A stretch of 64,000 bases of DNA from a virus (lineage: Duplodnaviria > Caudoviricetes), in the IMG/VR virus record IMGVR_UViG_3300021963_000022; one strand, 5' to 3'. This document shows positions 41,917 through 53,262 of the stretch, piece by piece; the stretch's first letter is position 1, and the number at the start of each line of letters is the position of its first letter. The notes under the pieces are model-generated. The model worked only from the letters and a program-made list of their open reading frames with translations, was not told where the DNA came from and ran no database searches. A program made the translations under genes and the position numbers.

Positions 41917-42518
41917 AAATTGATTTAGAACATTTACACTACTGGATGCAAGCTATTAGAAATAGCGAGAACCAAATGCGAACCATGGATGCATTTTGGA
42001 GTGGACAACTTAAAAGTAAAGAATGGTTAATAGATAGCTTAGAGTTTGTTGTCCGTCCATATATTAACAAAACAAAACTAGCAGTAGACATTCACGGTGG
42101 ATGGGTAGGGGTATTGGCTAGTATGTTATTTCAAAGTAATTTACATATATCATCTATACGTAGTGTTGATATAGACCATACTTGCGAATCAATTGCTAAT
42201 ATGATGAACCGTAAAGAAGAATTAGAGAATAGATTTAGAGCAGTAACATATGATATGTGTGACATTAGATCCGATGCTGATATCATTATTAATACAAGCT
42301 GTGAACATATTACACAGGATCAATATGATTTGTGGTTAAGTGGGCTACCACACAATAGTTTAATCGTGTTACAAAGCAATAACTATGACATACCAGAACA
42401 TGTTAGAATCTGTAATGATTTACAGGACTTTAAGAGTCAAAGCAGCTTAAAAGTCCTGTTTCAAGGAGAGTTACAATTACCGTTGTACTCTCGTTATATG
42501 CTAATTGGTAAGTTATAA
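41913..42518 (+). CDS. SAM-dependent methyltransferase-like protein
   Basis: IHGGWVGVL Gly-rich motif, SVDID, INTSCEH. Confidence 0.7.
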   Translation: MKIDLEHLHYWMQAIRNSENQMRTMDAFWSGQLKSKEWLIDSLEFVVRPYINKTKLAVDIHGGWVGVLASMLFQSNLHISSIRSVDIDHTCESIANMMNRKEELENRFRAVTYDMCDIRSDADIIINTSCEHITQDQYDLWLSGLPHNSLIVLQSNNYDIPEHVRICNDLQDFKSQSSLKVLFQGELQLPLYSRYMLIGKL

Positions 42519-43238
42519 GTTTCTAACTAGTTTACCTGCTTGGGCATCAGCAATTGTAGCATCACTTGCGGCATTTTTAGGTATAGTAACTAATTGACCT
42601 TCAAGTGTAAGATATTGGTAGTTATCATCAACTAATGTTAATGAATCAAAAACATTGTTGCTCACAAAGAAATTAATAGTAACATAACGTGTAGCTGTTG
42701 AATTATACTTTGCCCACGTAACATTTGATGTAGGGCAATACATGCTAGCTGTATTATACTGATTAGTAACCGTTGCATTCTCAGACTCTGGGTCATTGGA
42801 TTTATATAGCACGGTTTCTATATTAATGTTTGGTGTCATAAACGAAACAATGTTACATACTTTGTCAATTGCACTATCATTAATATACGGAAATATATGA
42901 TTGGGTGCTATTACACTAAATGAAGGTACACACATAACACTAGAATAATTTCTATGATTTGGATACTTGGTAAAAATATTACTAAGATTATCTAGTATAG
43001 ACTCATTTGCTTCTGAAATAAGGTCAAACGCTTCTTGGCCAATAGCATCTTTGGCATCATATATAGATATATTAGTCAAACCATCATACGTTTCGGTAGG
43101 ATTTAAAGTGGCTAATAGCCCTTGAATTCCTTCGGTAATTTTGGTGTGTGCATCAGTTTCAAAAAAACCAGAAACGCTTTGGTGAGACCATGGAGTCGTC
43201 TGAATTGGGGAGTTGAGTAGGTTATTAATGTTAAACAT
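42513..43238 (-). CDS. hypothetical protein, degenerate 2OG-Fe(II) oxygenase-like
   Basis: PWSH start motif and DSBH-like C-terminus; canonical HxD..H ligands not evident. Confidence 0.5.
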   Translation of the reverse strand: MFNINNLLNSPIQTTPWSHQSVSGFFETDAHTKITEGIQGLLATLNPTETYDGLTNISIYDAKDAIGQEAFDLISEANESILDNLSNIFTKYPNHRNYSSVMCVPSFSVIAPNHIFPYINDSAIDKVCNIVSFMTPNINIETVLYKSNDPESENATVTNQYNTASMYCPTSNVTWAKYNSTATRYVTINFFVSNNVFDSLTLVDDNYQYLTLEGQLVTIPKNAASDATIADAQAGKLVRNL

Positions 43239-43305
43239 AGTATTGTATTTATCACTGGAAATAAGGTTTATTAAAAGGACATGCTATAACTCAATAAATA
43301 TTCTT

Positions 43306-44484
43306 ATGAAAATAATTCAAAATCAGCAAGAAATCAACATTACATCTCATGTTAAACTGGCTGAAACACAATTAAAGGATAGTAAAATATACGTAGTTAA
43401 TACGCAAAATTATATTGAACACATTGCGGCTTACATAGCTTGGACTAAAGTGGGTGGCAACATCTTTGTTAAATCTACTCTATTACCCGAGAAGCAATCA
43501 GAAATACTAGACGAAAAGATTAGTAACTACAGTTACGAAAACTCTATATGCTTTCATACTAGCGGAACTACGGGTGTACCTAAATTAGTAGTACACACCA
43601 AAGAACAAATGGACAGTATCGCACTTATGGCAACTAAGCATATGCGTTGGGAAGAGAACACTAGATTTTTGAATTTTTTTCCCGCGTCAACATCTGGGTT
43701 CTGGCATATTGTACTTGCCCCTGCATTATATAACAATTCAACAATTGTATTAGGGTCACGTGAAACATTGATAGAAAACCTCAATGAGGATGTTAATTAC
43801 ACTATATTAGTACCATCATTAATTGATATGATTCGTATGAACAACATGCCAGTTGATTTATCTAGGGTTAAACGAGTGGGTACAGGAGCTTCTGCTGTAT
43901 CTAAAAGACATGCTGAAATATTGTTCAGTCTGGGTGCTACTGAAGTTAATCAGTTGTACGGTGCCACTGAGATAGGTTCTCCTTCATTGTACAAGAGTAG
44001 CACTTCAATAGATGACTATCCAGACTATTTAGAATTAAAGAATACAGATATTAGTGAGTTTAAATTAGTCAATAATGAACTATATGTCAAGAGTAAAACA
44101 TTATGTGTGAACTATAAAGATTTTTCGTCAGACGGAGAATGGTTTAAGACAAATGATTTATGGGAACAGAAAGGAAACTTAGTCAAATTTGCTGGACGAT
44201 CTAATGACATTGTGAAACTAAACGGATATCAATGCAGTTTATTATTAATTGAATCTACTATTGAGAATAATACAAACCTGGGTGAAGTCTTAGCTATCCC
44301 TAGAAATAAAATGGGCACTGATTACATTGAAGTAGCTTACACTAATAACACTATTATTAATAAACAAACACTAAATTCTATGCTAGAAACACATGTTCCT
44401 GTTTATAGCATACCAAGAAAATATACATATGTCGAATCTTTACCCAAGACTTCACTAGGAAAAAAGATTAGAAATGTACTTTAA
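43306..44484 (+). CDS. AMP-dependent synthetase/ligase (ANL superfamily)
   Basis: HTSGTTGVPK, YGATE, GRSND, LPKTSLGK; start placed after ATAAATA. Confidence 0.9.
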   Translation: MKIIQNQQEINITSHVKLAETQLKDSKIYVVNTQNYIEHIAAYIAWTKVGGNIFVKSTLLPEKQSEILDEKISNYSYENSICFHTSGTTGVPKLVVHTKEQMDSIALMATKHMRWEENTRFLNFFPASTSGFWHIVLAPALYNNSTIVLGSRETLIENLNEDVNYTILVPSLIDMIRMNNMPVDLSRVKRVGTGASAVSKRHAEILFSLGATEVNQLYGATEIGSPSLYKSSTSIDDYPDYLELKNTDISEFKLVNNELYVKSKTLCVNYKDFSSDGEWFKTNDLWEQKGNLVKFAGRSNDIVKLNGYQCSLLLIESTIENNTNLGEVLAIPRNKMGTDYIEVAYTNNTIINKQTLNSMLETHVPVYSIPRKYTYVESLPKTSLGKKIRNVL

Positions 44485-45055
44485 ACAAATATACAAAGAT
44501 GACCCACTATTACCCGACTTCATTGTACGGTGTTCAACATATGGATATAACAATAACTCTACACTAGATAAGATTAAGTTTGATTACTTTGAACATTCTG
44601 CATTCTTTGCAGGGATAGAAGATGACAAAATTAAAGTATTCAGCGGGGTACATAACTTTGAATATGATAACAAACAATATTGGCGTGTAGGATTTAGAGC
44701 CGTAACTCTCTATGATGACAAGTTTAAACCAAAACCATCTAATAACTTTAGAAAAATATCATACAGCGCCGGTGTGCTTTTCACATTAGAAATGAAATGG
44801 GTAGAACATAACTACGGTACGGGTACGTTTATTATAACCAGCAACGACAATCAAAATAAAGTTGATACCGCAGGACGTAGTCGTATGTTTGATACTATCG
44901 CTAAACGTAATAGAGTAAGTGGATGTACATTATTATACGATAAAATTACATACTTAAACACTGTTCAGAACGTTTGGTTGCTTGACAGAGATTTATGGTT
45001 TAGTGACTATCAAAAGTATTACGAGGGTAACATAGATGTTAGACTATCTTTCTAA
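44474..45055 (+). CDS. hypothetical protein (GNAT-like fold possible)
   Basis: 193 aa ORF in operon. Confidence 0.6.
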   Translation: MYFKQIYKDDPLLPDFIVRCSTYGYNNNSTLDKIKFDYFEHSAFFAGIEDDKIKVFSGVHNFEYDNKQYWRVGFRAVTLYDDKFKPKPSNNFRKISYSAGVLFTLEMKWVEHNYGTGTFIITSNDNQNKVDTAGRSRMFDTIAKRNRVSGCTLLYDKITYLNTVQNVWLLDRDLWFSDYQKYYEGNIDVRLSF

Positions 45056-45728
45056 TCTGATAGAGAATTACAAGTATGAGAATGTGAAACAATTTCACAA
45101 TATACCACTACCATATAGTTATGATAGCAAATATACATGGAGTCATAATGATACAGGATATACCGTTAATAACGAATATACCAGTTGCTATATAGATAAA
45201 GCAACAGGCTTTGTATATAAACTAAGCTGTTTGTACCGTAATGACGACTTTGATAAGCACAAACTGTTATATAGATTAACAGAGAAATACAACTATAGGA
45301 TAGAAATACCACGACATTCTGAGACTGTTATAATCAATGACAAACAATACTTATACACCGTAGTTCAACGCCCAAACAATCAGATAGGAATTGATTACCA
45401 TTTAGATATAGTAAACAATAGGGTGAATAATGATTACTTCATAGAGTTTATTGACTCAACTGTACCATTGTTTAAAGCACTGTTTGAGGTTGATAGTGTG
45501 TTTAAAACAGGATTACCCAGCGTCTTTATACTACCAACAAAACGATTGCGTGATGATATAGGCTATTTCTACTTTGATTTTAAAAAGTGGCATCACCCTA
45601 AAAATAAATACATGTTAGATAATAGCAATAACTTATTGTATCAGATTAATTACTGCAACAATAACGGTATCAAACTTGATACAGAGTATTTAAAACAACA
45701 TATTGAAAACACATGGACGATAGAATAG
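45036..45728 (+). CDS. hypothetical protein
   Basis: 230 aa ORF in operon. Confidence 0.65.
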   Translation: MLDYLSNLIENYKYENVKQFHNIPLPYSYDSKYTWSHNDTGYTVNNEYTSCYIDKATGFVYKLSCLYRNDDFDKHKLLYRLTEKYNYRIEIPRHSETVIINDKQYLYTVVQRPNNQIGIDYHLDIVNNRVNNDYFIEFIDSTVPLFKALFEVDSVFKTGLPSVFILPTKRLRDDIGYFYFDFKKWHHPKNKYMLDNSNNLLYQINYCNNNGIKLDTEYLKQHIENTWTIE

Positions 45729-45895
45729 CTACAGTACACGTGTACAAAGATACTGAGTTACTATTAACTACTCAAATATTCGGACAATGGTTAAATCTAA
45801 TAACTGATGTGTACTTAGATTGGGAAGACAGTCCCTACAATCTAGTTATTGAATACGACAGTAAAACACTTAAGGTAAACAATGCAGGTAGTTGA
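45713..45895 (+). CDS. small hypothetical protein
   Basis: 60 aa ORF with overlaps. Confidence 0.45.
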   Translation: MDDRIATVHVYKDTELLLTTQIFGQWLNLITDVYLDWEDSPYNLVIEYDSKTLKVNNAGS

Positions 45896-46319
45896 TATTA
45901 TATACGATAAATCTAACTTGAATTTAGGGTTAGACCATATACAACATAACACTACCCCTGTATCATATAGCAACGGTGATCTATTAGAATATAATGTTAG
46001 TAAAAATCGTTTTGAAACTAACATTGACTATAAGTATTCCTGCTATGGTGTTACACAAAGTGACACACTACCTATGCATACAGACGAAGGACGCAATAGT
46101 ACAATCATTTTACCTATAGATACGGACAATACAACACTATTATATGGTAACAATTCGGTAATTATTGACAAACCATTTGTATTAGATACGTCAATATTGC
46201 ATGGGATCAATGGAATAAAGGGCTTTAGTTTTCTAGCATTAGACTTTGAATTAGTGTATAATGATGTAGTAGAGTACCTAAAAGATAAAACAAACTTATA
46301 TATTAAATATGTCGGATAA
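45882..46319 (+). CDS. 2OG-Fe(II) oxygenase-like protein
   Basis: LPMHTD..LHG (HxD..H triad). Confidence 0.65.
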   Translation: MQVVDIIYDKSNLNLGLDHIQHNTTPVSYSNGDLLEYNVSKNRFETNIDYKYSCYGVTQSDTLPMHTDEGRNSTIILPIDTDNTTLLYGNNSVIIDKPFVLDTSILHGINGIKGFSFLALDFELVYNDVVEYLKDKTNLYIKYVG

Positions 46320-47577
46320 AAGTAAAACATTCTGTATGCACCCATTTACAGGTTTAGCTACAAGAGAAGACGGGGCAATTAAGATATGCTGTCGCAGTCT
46401 GCCTATCGGATGGATTCAAAACGAATCATTAGAATCCGCATGGAACAATGATAAGATGCTTAGTGTACGTAAGCAAATACTAAATGACGAACGCCCTGAC
46501 GTATGTACACCCTGCTTTGACTTAGAAGATCAGGGTGTTGAAAGCTTGCGACAACGACATATACAACCCAGACTCCCTGAGAGCAGAATTGTATTGTATC
46601 CAAATCAATTAAATCAATTAAATGATGACTATTCAATGCCCTTTGAATTCCCTACAATGGAGATTAAACTAAACAATCTGTGCAATTTACGCTGTAGAAT
46701 GTGTAACCCACTAGATAGTACAAGCTGGCAAGACTGGAATAGTATCGTTGAATTCTATAAGAAAGAAAACAATTACTTAGTTCCTACGGTAGAGAAGTTA
46801 GTGGATAAGCCCGGACAATATATAGGTCCGTTTGATGATAGTGACAATTGGTGGAATAGCTTTGAGAAACTAATCCCACACTTTAAACGTGTAGAGTTTG
46901 CTGGTGGTGAACCCTTAATGGATCCTCAACACTATAAGATACTAGATATGCTTAAGCCCTACGCTAAGAATATTGAAATCAAATATGCTACAAACGGTAC
47001 AACATTGGGTATTAGTAAGAATAGAACAATCTTTGACTACTGGCCTCACTTCCGTAGTGTTGCGGTTAACGTATCTATAGACGGAATACATGATGTATAT
47101 GAACATATTAGAGGTAACGGTGACTTTAGTGAAGTTGTTAGAAATGTACAAGAGATTAAAAAATTACCTAATATCAGTAGAATCGTGGGGGCATTTACTG
47201 CACAAGCGGGCAATATGTTACAAATGGCTGATTGTATCAGATATTTCTTAGATGACTTAGGTATATACTTCTACAGTCATCGTGTTAGCTATCCTAAACT
47301 ACTATCTGCACAAGTATTACCCCAACCATTAAAAGACTTATGTATTGAACGATTAACTAATTTGTATAATAATATTGATACAATTAAGAACATTGACTTT
47401 AGTGCATACAGTCGTGGCATTACATTACAGCAAATCAATGACAATATCAACTACTTAAAAGCTGTTGACCAAAACAATTTGTGGAGTGATTACATAGAGT
47501 TTAATCGTAGATTAGATGACAGTAGAAAGTGCAAAACACTATTAGAAGTTGTACCGGAGTTTAAACCATATGTATAA
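46309..47577 (+). CDS. radical SAM protein with N-terminal twitch domain
   Basis: FCMHPF..GAIKICC..C..C; CNLRCRMC; AGGEPL. Confidence 0.92.
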   Translation: MSDKSKTFCMHPFTGLATREDGAIKICCRSLPIGWIQNESLESAWNNDKMLSVRKQILNDERPDVCTPCFDLEDQGVESLRQRHIQPRLPESRIVLYPNQLNQLNDDYSMPFEFPTMEIKLNNLCNLRCRMCNPLDSTSWQDWNSIVEFYKKENNYLVPTVEKLVDKPGQYIGPFDDSDNWWNSFEKLIPHFKRVEFAGGEPLMDPQHYKILDMLKPYAKNIEIKYATNGTTLGISKNRTIFDYWPHFRSVAVNVSIDGIHDVYEHIRGNGDFSEVVRNVQEIKKLPNISRIVGAFTAQAGNMLQMADCIRYFLDDLGIYFYSHRVSYPKLLSAQVLPQPLKDLCIERLTNLYNNIDTIKNIDFSAYSRGITLQQINDNINYLKAVDQNNLWSDYIEFNRRLDDSRKCKTLLEVVPEFKPYV

Positions 47578-48478
47578 GGTACAGGGTATTTGGGGACACG
47601 AAAATAGCGTTAAGATTGAATGGAATTTAGGTAAACGCTGTAACTACGATTGTAGCTATTGCCCAAGCATTATACACGATAACACCAGCCCACACACTGA
47701 TATTGAACTATTAAAGAGTACGGTAGATAAACTGTTGTCTATCAATAAGCCATTACGTATTAGCTTTACTGGTGGTGAACCTACTGTACATCCTAAGTTT
47801 GAAGAATTAATAGAGTACTGTAATAGTAAAGATGTAAAGTTTATTAGTGTTACTACTAATGCTACACGGAAACCTTTGTACTATAAGCAATTAAAACTTA
47901 ACCAATTAGTGTTTAGTTTGCACTTTGAATATGAATGGGAACGTTGTTTAGACACTATTATCAAAACAATAGCCAGTGACAGTGATGAGAAAGACTATCA
48001 GAAACACTGTTTAGTACATGTCATGGCGCACCATAACTATATGGCTCAAGTTAAAGAAACCGTAGAAAGATTAGATTTCTACCATATTCCATATAATATA
48101 CGTAGAGTTCGTTGGAGTGATAATATAGACCATGATATCTTTGACGATTTACGCTATGACCAAAAAGACTTAGATTGGATATTAAAAAAAGCTAGCACAG
48201 TTATGCCCAATGTAAGAATAGATAATAGCAAGACCTATCATGCTAATGATGTGATTAAATTGCATCTAAACAAGTATAAGGGTTGGACTTGCAATGCGGG
48301 ACTTGAGAGTTTAATGATTAATTGGGACGGTGAGGTACATCGTGCTACATGCCGTGTTGGTGGAAGCTTGGGTAATATCTACTCTAGTGATTTTACTCTT
48401 CCCGTAGAGCCAATTGTATGTGATAGAAACTTCTGTACTTGCGCCGCAGATATACCATTAACGAAAGAATTATTATGA
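47549..48478 (+). CDS. radical SAM protein with SPASM/twitch-like tail
   Basis: CNYDCSYC, TGGEPT, CNAG..C..C.C. Confidence 0.92.
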   Translation: MYRSLNHMYKVQGIWGHENSVKIEWNLGKRCNYDCSYCPSIIHDNTSPHTDIELLKSTVDKLLSINKPLRISFTGGEPTVHPKFEELIEYCNSKDVKFISVTTNATRKPLYYKQLKLNQLVFSLHFEYEWERCLDTIIKTIASDSDEKDYQKHCLVHVMAHHNYMAQVKETVERLDFYHIPYNIRRVRWSDNIDHDIFDDLRYDQKDLDWILKKASTVMPNVRIDNSKTYHANDVIKLHLNKYKGWTCNAGLESLMINWDGEVHRATCRVGGSLGNIYSSDFTLPVEPIVCDRNFCTCAADIPLTKELL

Positions 48479-49056
48479 GATTAGTAACATTTGGATGTAG
48501 CTTAACATATGGTGACAGCTTACCTGACAATAAATCAGCATGGCCCTATTTAACTAGTAAACATCTTAATATTCCCTGTGATAATCAAGGACAACGTGGC
48601 GTTAGCAATCATAAAATATTGTACAATATTCTGAACTATAAGTTTAACCCAGACGATATTGTAGTAATCATGTGGACGTATGTTACTAGAGAGATGCGTT
48701 TACAAATTGATGGTACTAGCGAATTGTTTGGACCATGGGATAAGGGTGGCATTGAAAGACCGTGGGTTGAATTCGCAGAACCCTATGATTATAGCGTTAA
48801 AACACTAATCAATATACATCATGCTAAACTACACCTAAACTCACTAAACATGAAACATATACACTTTAAAGCTGATAACAGCACAGAGTTACCTTTAGCA
48901 ATGGATAAGTGTACGTTTATCAACAATGTTTTTGACTTCGATGTGAGTAAGGTTGACCCAGTAGACTATGGATTAGATAATAGTCATCCGGGCCCCAAAA
49001 CGCATGAACTGTTTTCTCTTACAGTAAGTGACTTAATTCGGGAAAAGTTTCTTTAA
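48439..49056 (+). CDS. SGNH/GDSL hydrolase-like protein
   Basis: TFGCSLTYG, G..N block II, DNSHPG. Confidence 0.75.
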   Translation: MRRRYTINERIIMRLVTFGCSLTYGDSLPDNKSAWPYLTSKHLNIPCDNQGQRGVSNHKILYNILNYKFNPDDIVVIMWTYVTREMRLQIDGTSELFGPWDKGGIERPWVEFAEPYDYSVKTLINIHHAKLHLNSLNMKHIHFKADNSTELPLAMDKCTFINNVFDFDVSKVDPVDYGLDNSHPGPKTHELFSLTVSDLIREKFL

Positions 49057-50425
49057 GGTTAAGCTTACGCTGACTATCAATGTGACTTATATATTCACTG
49101 AACGCGGGCAATAGATGGGTATCATCACTGCCGTCCATAAACTTTAATACAGCTTCATATCGTTTCCAACCATATGGATTCTTATGCCAGAACTCATCTG
49201 ATTGTGTATAATTATTCCATAGCCAGTCTTTCAACTCACTAAACAATTGATGTACTTCTTGCTTATCTACTTCAGGTAACACACGTAAGCTAAGATATGT
49301 AGGAATATACAGTAGATGAAAGTTAATTAATCCGCCACCGTACTGAGTATTTCCTGGACCATATCCTAAATTAACCTTTCTAAACTTACTATTGACTTTC
49401 CATTTAATAAATTCAGGTAAATGTTTAATGTTTAATACTTGTATAGCGGTAGCAATACTTACTTCAATGTTGTCCGGTGTATTGTCTAACTTATGTAAGT
49501 TCTTTTCAACTGTAGCCCAGTCACTAGGATAACGTATATAGTAGTTACGTTGGTCAGTACCATCTAAACTAAAGCCAAACTTTACTTTCTTAAAGTGTTT
49601 CCATAAGTCTATAATATCATCATCTACTAATAGTCCATTGCTATTGTATCTTAATAGTATACGATCCTGGTATCCCTGTCTAATGATTTCTTCAATAAAC
49701 ATCTTATGTTCTTTAATCATTAATGGCTCGCCACCGGCAAAATATACTTGTTTTAAGTTAGGTATTTGCTTGTACATTTCAGCCCAAAAATCTGGGTTCT
49801 CATGCCAATAATTATTAAATGATTGCTCATCCCAACCCATTTGCCGTTTTAATTCATCATTCTTATATAGATTGATAACCTTCTTATACTCTGTAACCCA
49901 CTTACTACTATCATGTGGGCTACACATAACGCATTTTAATTGACAAGTATGTCCTAATCGTAAGTCTAAGTACACTAATTCTTCGGGGATGGTTCCGTCT
50001 TCTTGTGTTTGTTTAATTAGTTCTTCTACATCTATATCTTCTTGCATCCACGTGTATGTTTCCCATAACCTTTTACTACTAACACCTTGTGATTCTTCAT
50101 TAAAGCATTTAGTACAGCTTTTAGGTATCTTACCATCAAGCATCGTAGTTCTAACACTACGCATGTATTCATTATTCCAAGCACTCATGGGTGTTTCACG
50201 ACCGAAGTTAGCTGGCTGTCCACTCTCATTCTTAACTAATCCTATAGTATGGTCACCACCTGCGCCACTAGCATTACTACTACAGCATAGACGCATATCA
50301 CCGTTAGGACGTGTAGCAAAGTGTATCCAGGGTAATACACAGAATGTATCTACTTTTGCTTGATTTTTAATCTGTTGTTGAAAGTTTCCAACTGGGGAAT
50401 CTTCTGGTTGAATCCAATATGTCAT
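49019..50425 (-). CDS. radical SAM protein with N-terminal twitch domain
   Basis: FCVLPW..GDMRLCC..C..C; CQLKCVMC; AGGEPL. Confidence 0.92.
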   Translation of the reverse strand: MTYWIQPEDSPVGNFQQQIKNQAKVDTFCVLPWIHFATRPNGDMRLCCSSNASGAGGDHTIGLVKNESGQPANFGRETPMSAWNNEYMRSVRTTMLDGKIPKSCTKCFNEESQGVSSKRLWETYTWMQEDIDVEELIKQTQEDGTIPEELVYLDLRLGHTCQLKCVMCSPHDSSKWVTEYKKVINLYKNDELKRQMGWDEQSFNNYWHENPDFWAEMYKQIPNLKQVYFAGGEPLMIKEHKMFIEEIIRQGYQDRILLRYNSNGLLVDDDIIDLWKHFKKVKFGFSLDGTDQRNYYIRYPSDWATVEKNLHKLDNTPDNIEVSIATAIQVLNIKHLPEFIKWKVNSKFRKVNLGYGPGNTQYGGGLINFHLLYIPTYLSLRVLPEVDKQEVHQLFSELKDWLWNNYTQSDEFWHKNPYGWKRYEAVLKFMDGSDDTHLLPAFSEYISHIDSQRKLNLKETFPELSHLL

Positions 50426-51021
50426 TAATATAGTCCTGGTAATATTGTGCCGATACCATCATTGATTCTATGATTACCCGGCTGTTTGTATTGTACACTA
50501 AGTTCTTTAATATAAGGTTTGTCAATCATAAACTTAACATTCTTTATAACATCATCTAATGCTAATGTATTTAAGTGTTCGTAATGCTTATGTATATCAA
50601 CGCTAATCTCTTGTAAATGCCCTAAATTAATCATATAACTGTCTAGGTAATTGTTATGGAACATACGTGCAAACGCTATTTTTCTATGTGTAAACTTTAA
50701 ACTAGCTTTCTCTACATCATAACTACTGTAGGGATTGTTCAATAATAACGTATTAACATAGCTTCCTATATTAATAACCTTGTGCTGTATCTTATTATGA
50801 TAGCAATGTTTATCTAAATTAGCTAACAGTTTCACTTGTCCAAACTGCATGGCCCTAGTGAAGTTAATTGTATAATCATAGTTTGGTGTATCTAGTAAGA
50901 AATTAGTTATATCGCCGTGTAGGTCAAACCCATTGCGTCTACTGTAATAAGTTAAATCAAATAGTGTACTAAATCGTTGTCCTAACGGATGTGATTCGTC
51001 ACACGTTATTCTAGCTTTCAT
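50425..51021 (-). CDS. short-chain dehydrogenase-like protein
   Basis: VINIGS and Y..K (YDVEK) motifs; degenerate N-terminal nucleotide-binding loop. Confidence 0.55.
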   Translation of the reverse strand: MKARITCDESHPLGQRFSTLFDLTYYSRRNGFDLHGDITNFLLDTPNYDYTINFTRAMQFGQVKLLANLDKHCYHNKIQHKVINIGSYVNTLLLNNPYSSYDVEKASLKFTHRKIAFARMFHNNYLDSYMINLGHLQEISVDIHKHYEHLNTLALDDVIKNVKFMIDKPYIKELSVQYKQPGNHRINDGIGTILPGLY

Positions 51022-51931
51022 AATATATCCTTGTGTATGGTAATAGTGTTATGTTCTTTGTTATACATAGTTCATCTATTAATATGTAGCGTTCTTTACT
51101 GTAATCATTTAATGATGTGATATAATGATATACATTGCTGATCCAGAGTGTTGAGCCGTTTGGAATAACATCTAATAAACGTTTTATATCTTTTGTATTC
51201 CGCATATCAATTAGCTCGAATCCAACATTAATTGTTCTAAGATAATCATAGTACGTGTTTAGTTTAATAAAGTCAATACCATTAATATCGTCTATTGTAG
51301 CAGGATTAAACCCTGTTGTCAATAGTCCTAGATACTTGACATATGTGTCATATCGGTTGTTTGAATGTAATAACTCTTGTTGGAAGCTTAAGCTATCATT
51401 ACTGTAGTCATAATAGATAACACTTTCCAGCATGTTTTCATATGCTAATTGTGCTAAATGTGACCCACTACTAAGTCCTGCAAGTGCCACAGTATCGGTA
51501 ATGATGGGCAATGGTTCTGTGTTTATAGCGTACACTTTCCTATCATTCTCGTATGTGTTAATGATATCCGTAATAATATTACGGTCTGTTGTATTATAGA
51601 GGTCGTATACGTTATCAGTGAATGTTGTTATAACTGTATTATCGGTTGATTTTTTTAATACAAGTTTACCATTCTTATATACTTCCACGTTGGGTAGTTT
51701 ACGTATCTTATTGTTTAAGTCTGGGTGACAAATTATACCCTCATCTATCAGATAATAGGGTTTAGTATATGTCCCAATATTGGGCTTAACTGTGTTAATT
51801 TTGTCGTTCTGTAACAATATACCATAATGCACTAGGCTTTGGGCAGTGTATATGTTTTGTTTATTGTTTAAATATAGATGGTAATCTAGCATGAGATAAA
51901 TATTTAGTTCATAAATAAGCACCCAATGCAA
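51011..51931 (-). CDS. hypothetical protein
   Basis: ~290-306 aa ORF; true start probably at MLDYHL after ATAAATA. Confidence 0.65.
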   Translation of the reverse strand: MHWVLIYELNIYLMLDYHLYLNNKQNIYTAQSLVHYGILLQNDKINTVKPNIGTYTKPYYLIDEGIICHPDLNNKIRKLPNVEVYKNGKLVLKKSTDNTVITTFTDNVYDLYNTTDRNIITDIINTYENDRKVYAINTEPLPIITDTVALAGLSSGSHLAQLAYENMLESVIYYDYSNDSLSFQQELLHSNNRYDTYVKYLGLLTTGFNPATIDDINGIDFIKLNTYYDYLRTINVGFELIDMRNTKDIKRLLDVIPNGSTLWISNVYHYITSLNDYSKERYILIDELCITKNITLLPYTRIYYES

Positions 51932-52780
51932 AAGTATACACCAACTGAGAATGCATTAGTCCCATACGTATTCCCCGAAATATCTGAGTTATTTAAAAAT
52001 AACATAGAGTTACCTCATTGGGATACCCGCCATGACATATTAAACAACTACCGTACTGAATGTCTTAATTGGTTGCAAAATGGTAATAGTACTATAATCC
52101 GTGGCTTAGAACGTTTCAAGTATGTTTATGTATTATATGGTGGCAGTCAGTATATTGATGATTTAGTTAAGTTTGAAGACCGTCACATAGAATTACATAA
52201 GCATGAATATGTAGCATATAGAACACTATTAGACTTACATAATATGAAATTTACCCAGCATGATTCATTTGATACTATGGGTAAGGATTCAGATAAGTTA
52301 GTGATAGTTAGTTATCCGTTCAGTTTAAACGGGAACAGGGATGTTGATATAGAGAAACTATTAACTGAATCTACTAGTAAAATCACACTGGACAGCGTAT
52401 TCTTAGGTACTAATATGTTCCCTATTACATTAGACTTTAATAAATTATCTAACGTTGAAAGTTTTGTATTCAGTTTTAGTAAAGGGTTTGGATTAAGATA
52501 TTCTAGGATTGGGATTATGTTTACAGATAAATTCATTCCGGAGTATGACATATATCATAAGTATGCTTATTTAAATCTATATTCTTGCCAGATTGCACGT
52601 GAGTTAATGAGTAAATACAATATAGATTACTTTACAGAGAAGTATAAATCTGTGCAGGAAGAAGCCTGCAAATTATTAAACGTGGCTACATCAGATTGTT
52701 TACATTTGGGTATTGATACTAATACAGACTATCCTGATAAGAAAGTTAGAATCACACATTTATTTGACAAATTATGCTAA
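51926..52780 (+). CDS. PLP-dependent aminotransferase-like protein
   Basis: LDSVF, FSFSKGFGLRYSRIG (SxSK..G.R.G). Confidence 0.75.
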   Translation: MQKYTPTENALVPYVFPEISELFKNNIELPHWDTRHDILNNYRTECLNWLQNGNSTIIRGLERFKYVYVLYGGSQYIDDLVKFEDRHIELHKHEYVAYRTLLDLHNMKFTQHDSFDTMGKDSDKLVIVSYPFSLNGNRDVDIEKLLTESTSKITLDSVFLGTNMFPITLDFNKLSNVESFVFSFSKGFGLRYSRIGIMFTDKFIPEYDIYHKYAYLNLYSCQIARELMSKYNIDYFTEKYKSVQEEACKLLNVATSDCLHLGIDTNTDYPDKKVRITHLFDKLC

Positions 52781-53262
52781 TAGAAAAGACAGATATCAGA
52801 ATAGACCTAGAGGGTTTACGCAAACATTATTTAAATAATGTACAGAACTGGCCCCAACATAAGAGTAGAATATGTTTGAATAACCATGATGACTCAGAGG
52901 ATTACGTACTAAATGCAGGGCAACGATTGATTTATACTGAGTTCAAGTATATGAATAGTATATTCAAAGATACTATATGGGAAGACACATTAAAGATTAT
53001 TCCAGGGAAGATTGGACGTGCTAGAATAATGAATATGGGCCCAGCTAAGTTATTAACAATGCATAGAGATACTGAAGCACGGTGGCATATTGCGTTATTT
53101 ACTGATCCTAGCTGTGTTGCATATGATTTAGAAACTAATCAAGCATTCCATATACCAAGTGACGGATACTTATATAAATTGAATGCAAGAAGATTACATA
53201 CTGTGTTTAACAGTAGTAACAATGTAACCCGTACTCATTTAGTAGTGTGTGAATATGTATAA
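52774..53262 (+). CDS. aspartyl/asparaginyl beta-hydroxylase-like 2OG-Fe(II) oxygenase
   Basis: MHRD..WHIAL..HTVFN..RTHLV. Confidence 0.75.
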   Translation: MLIEKTDIRIDLEGLRKHYLNNVQNWPQHKSRICLNNHDDSEDYVLNAGQRLIYTEFKYMNSIFKDTIWEDTLKIIPGKIGRARIMNMGPAKLLTMHRDTEARWHIALFTDPSCVAYDLETNQAFHIPSDGYLYKLNARRLHTVFNSSNNVTRTHLVVCEYV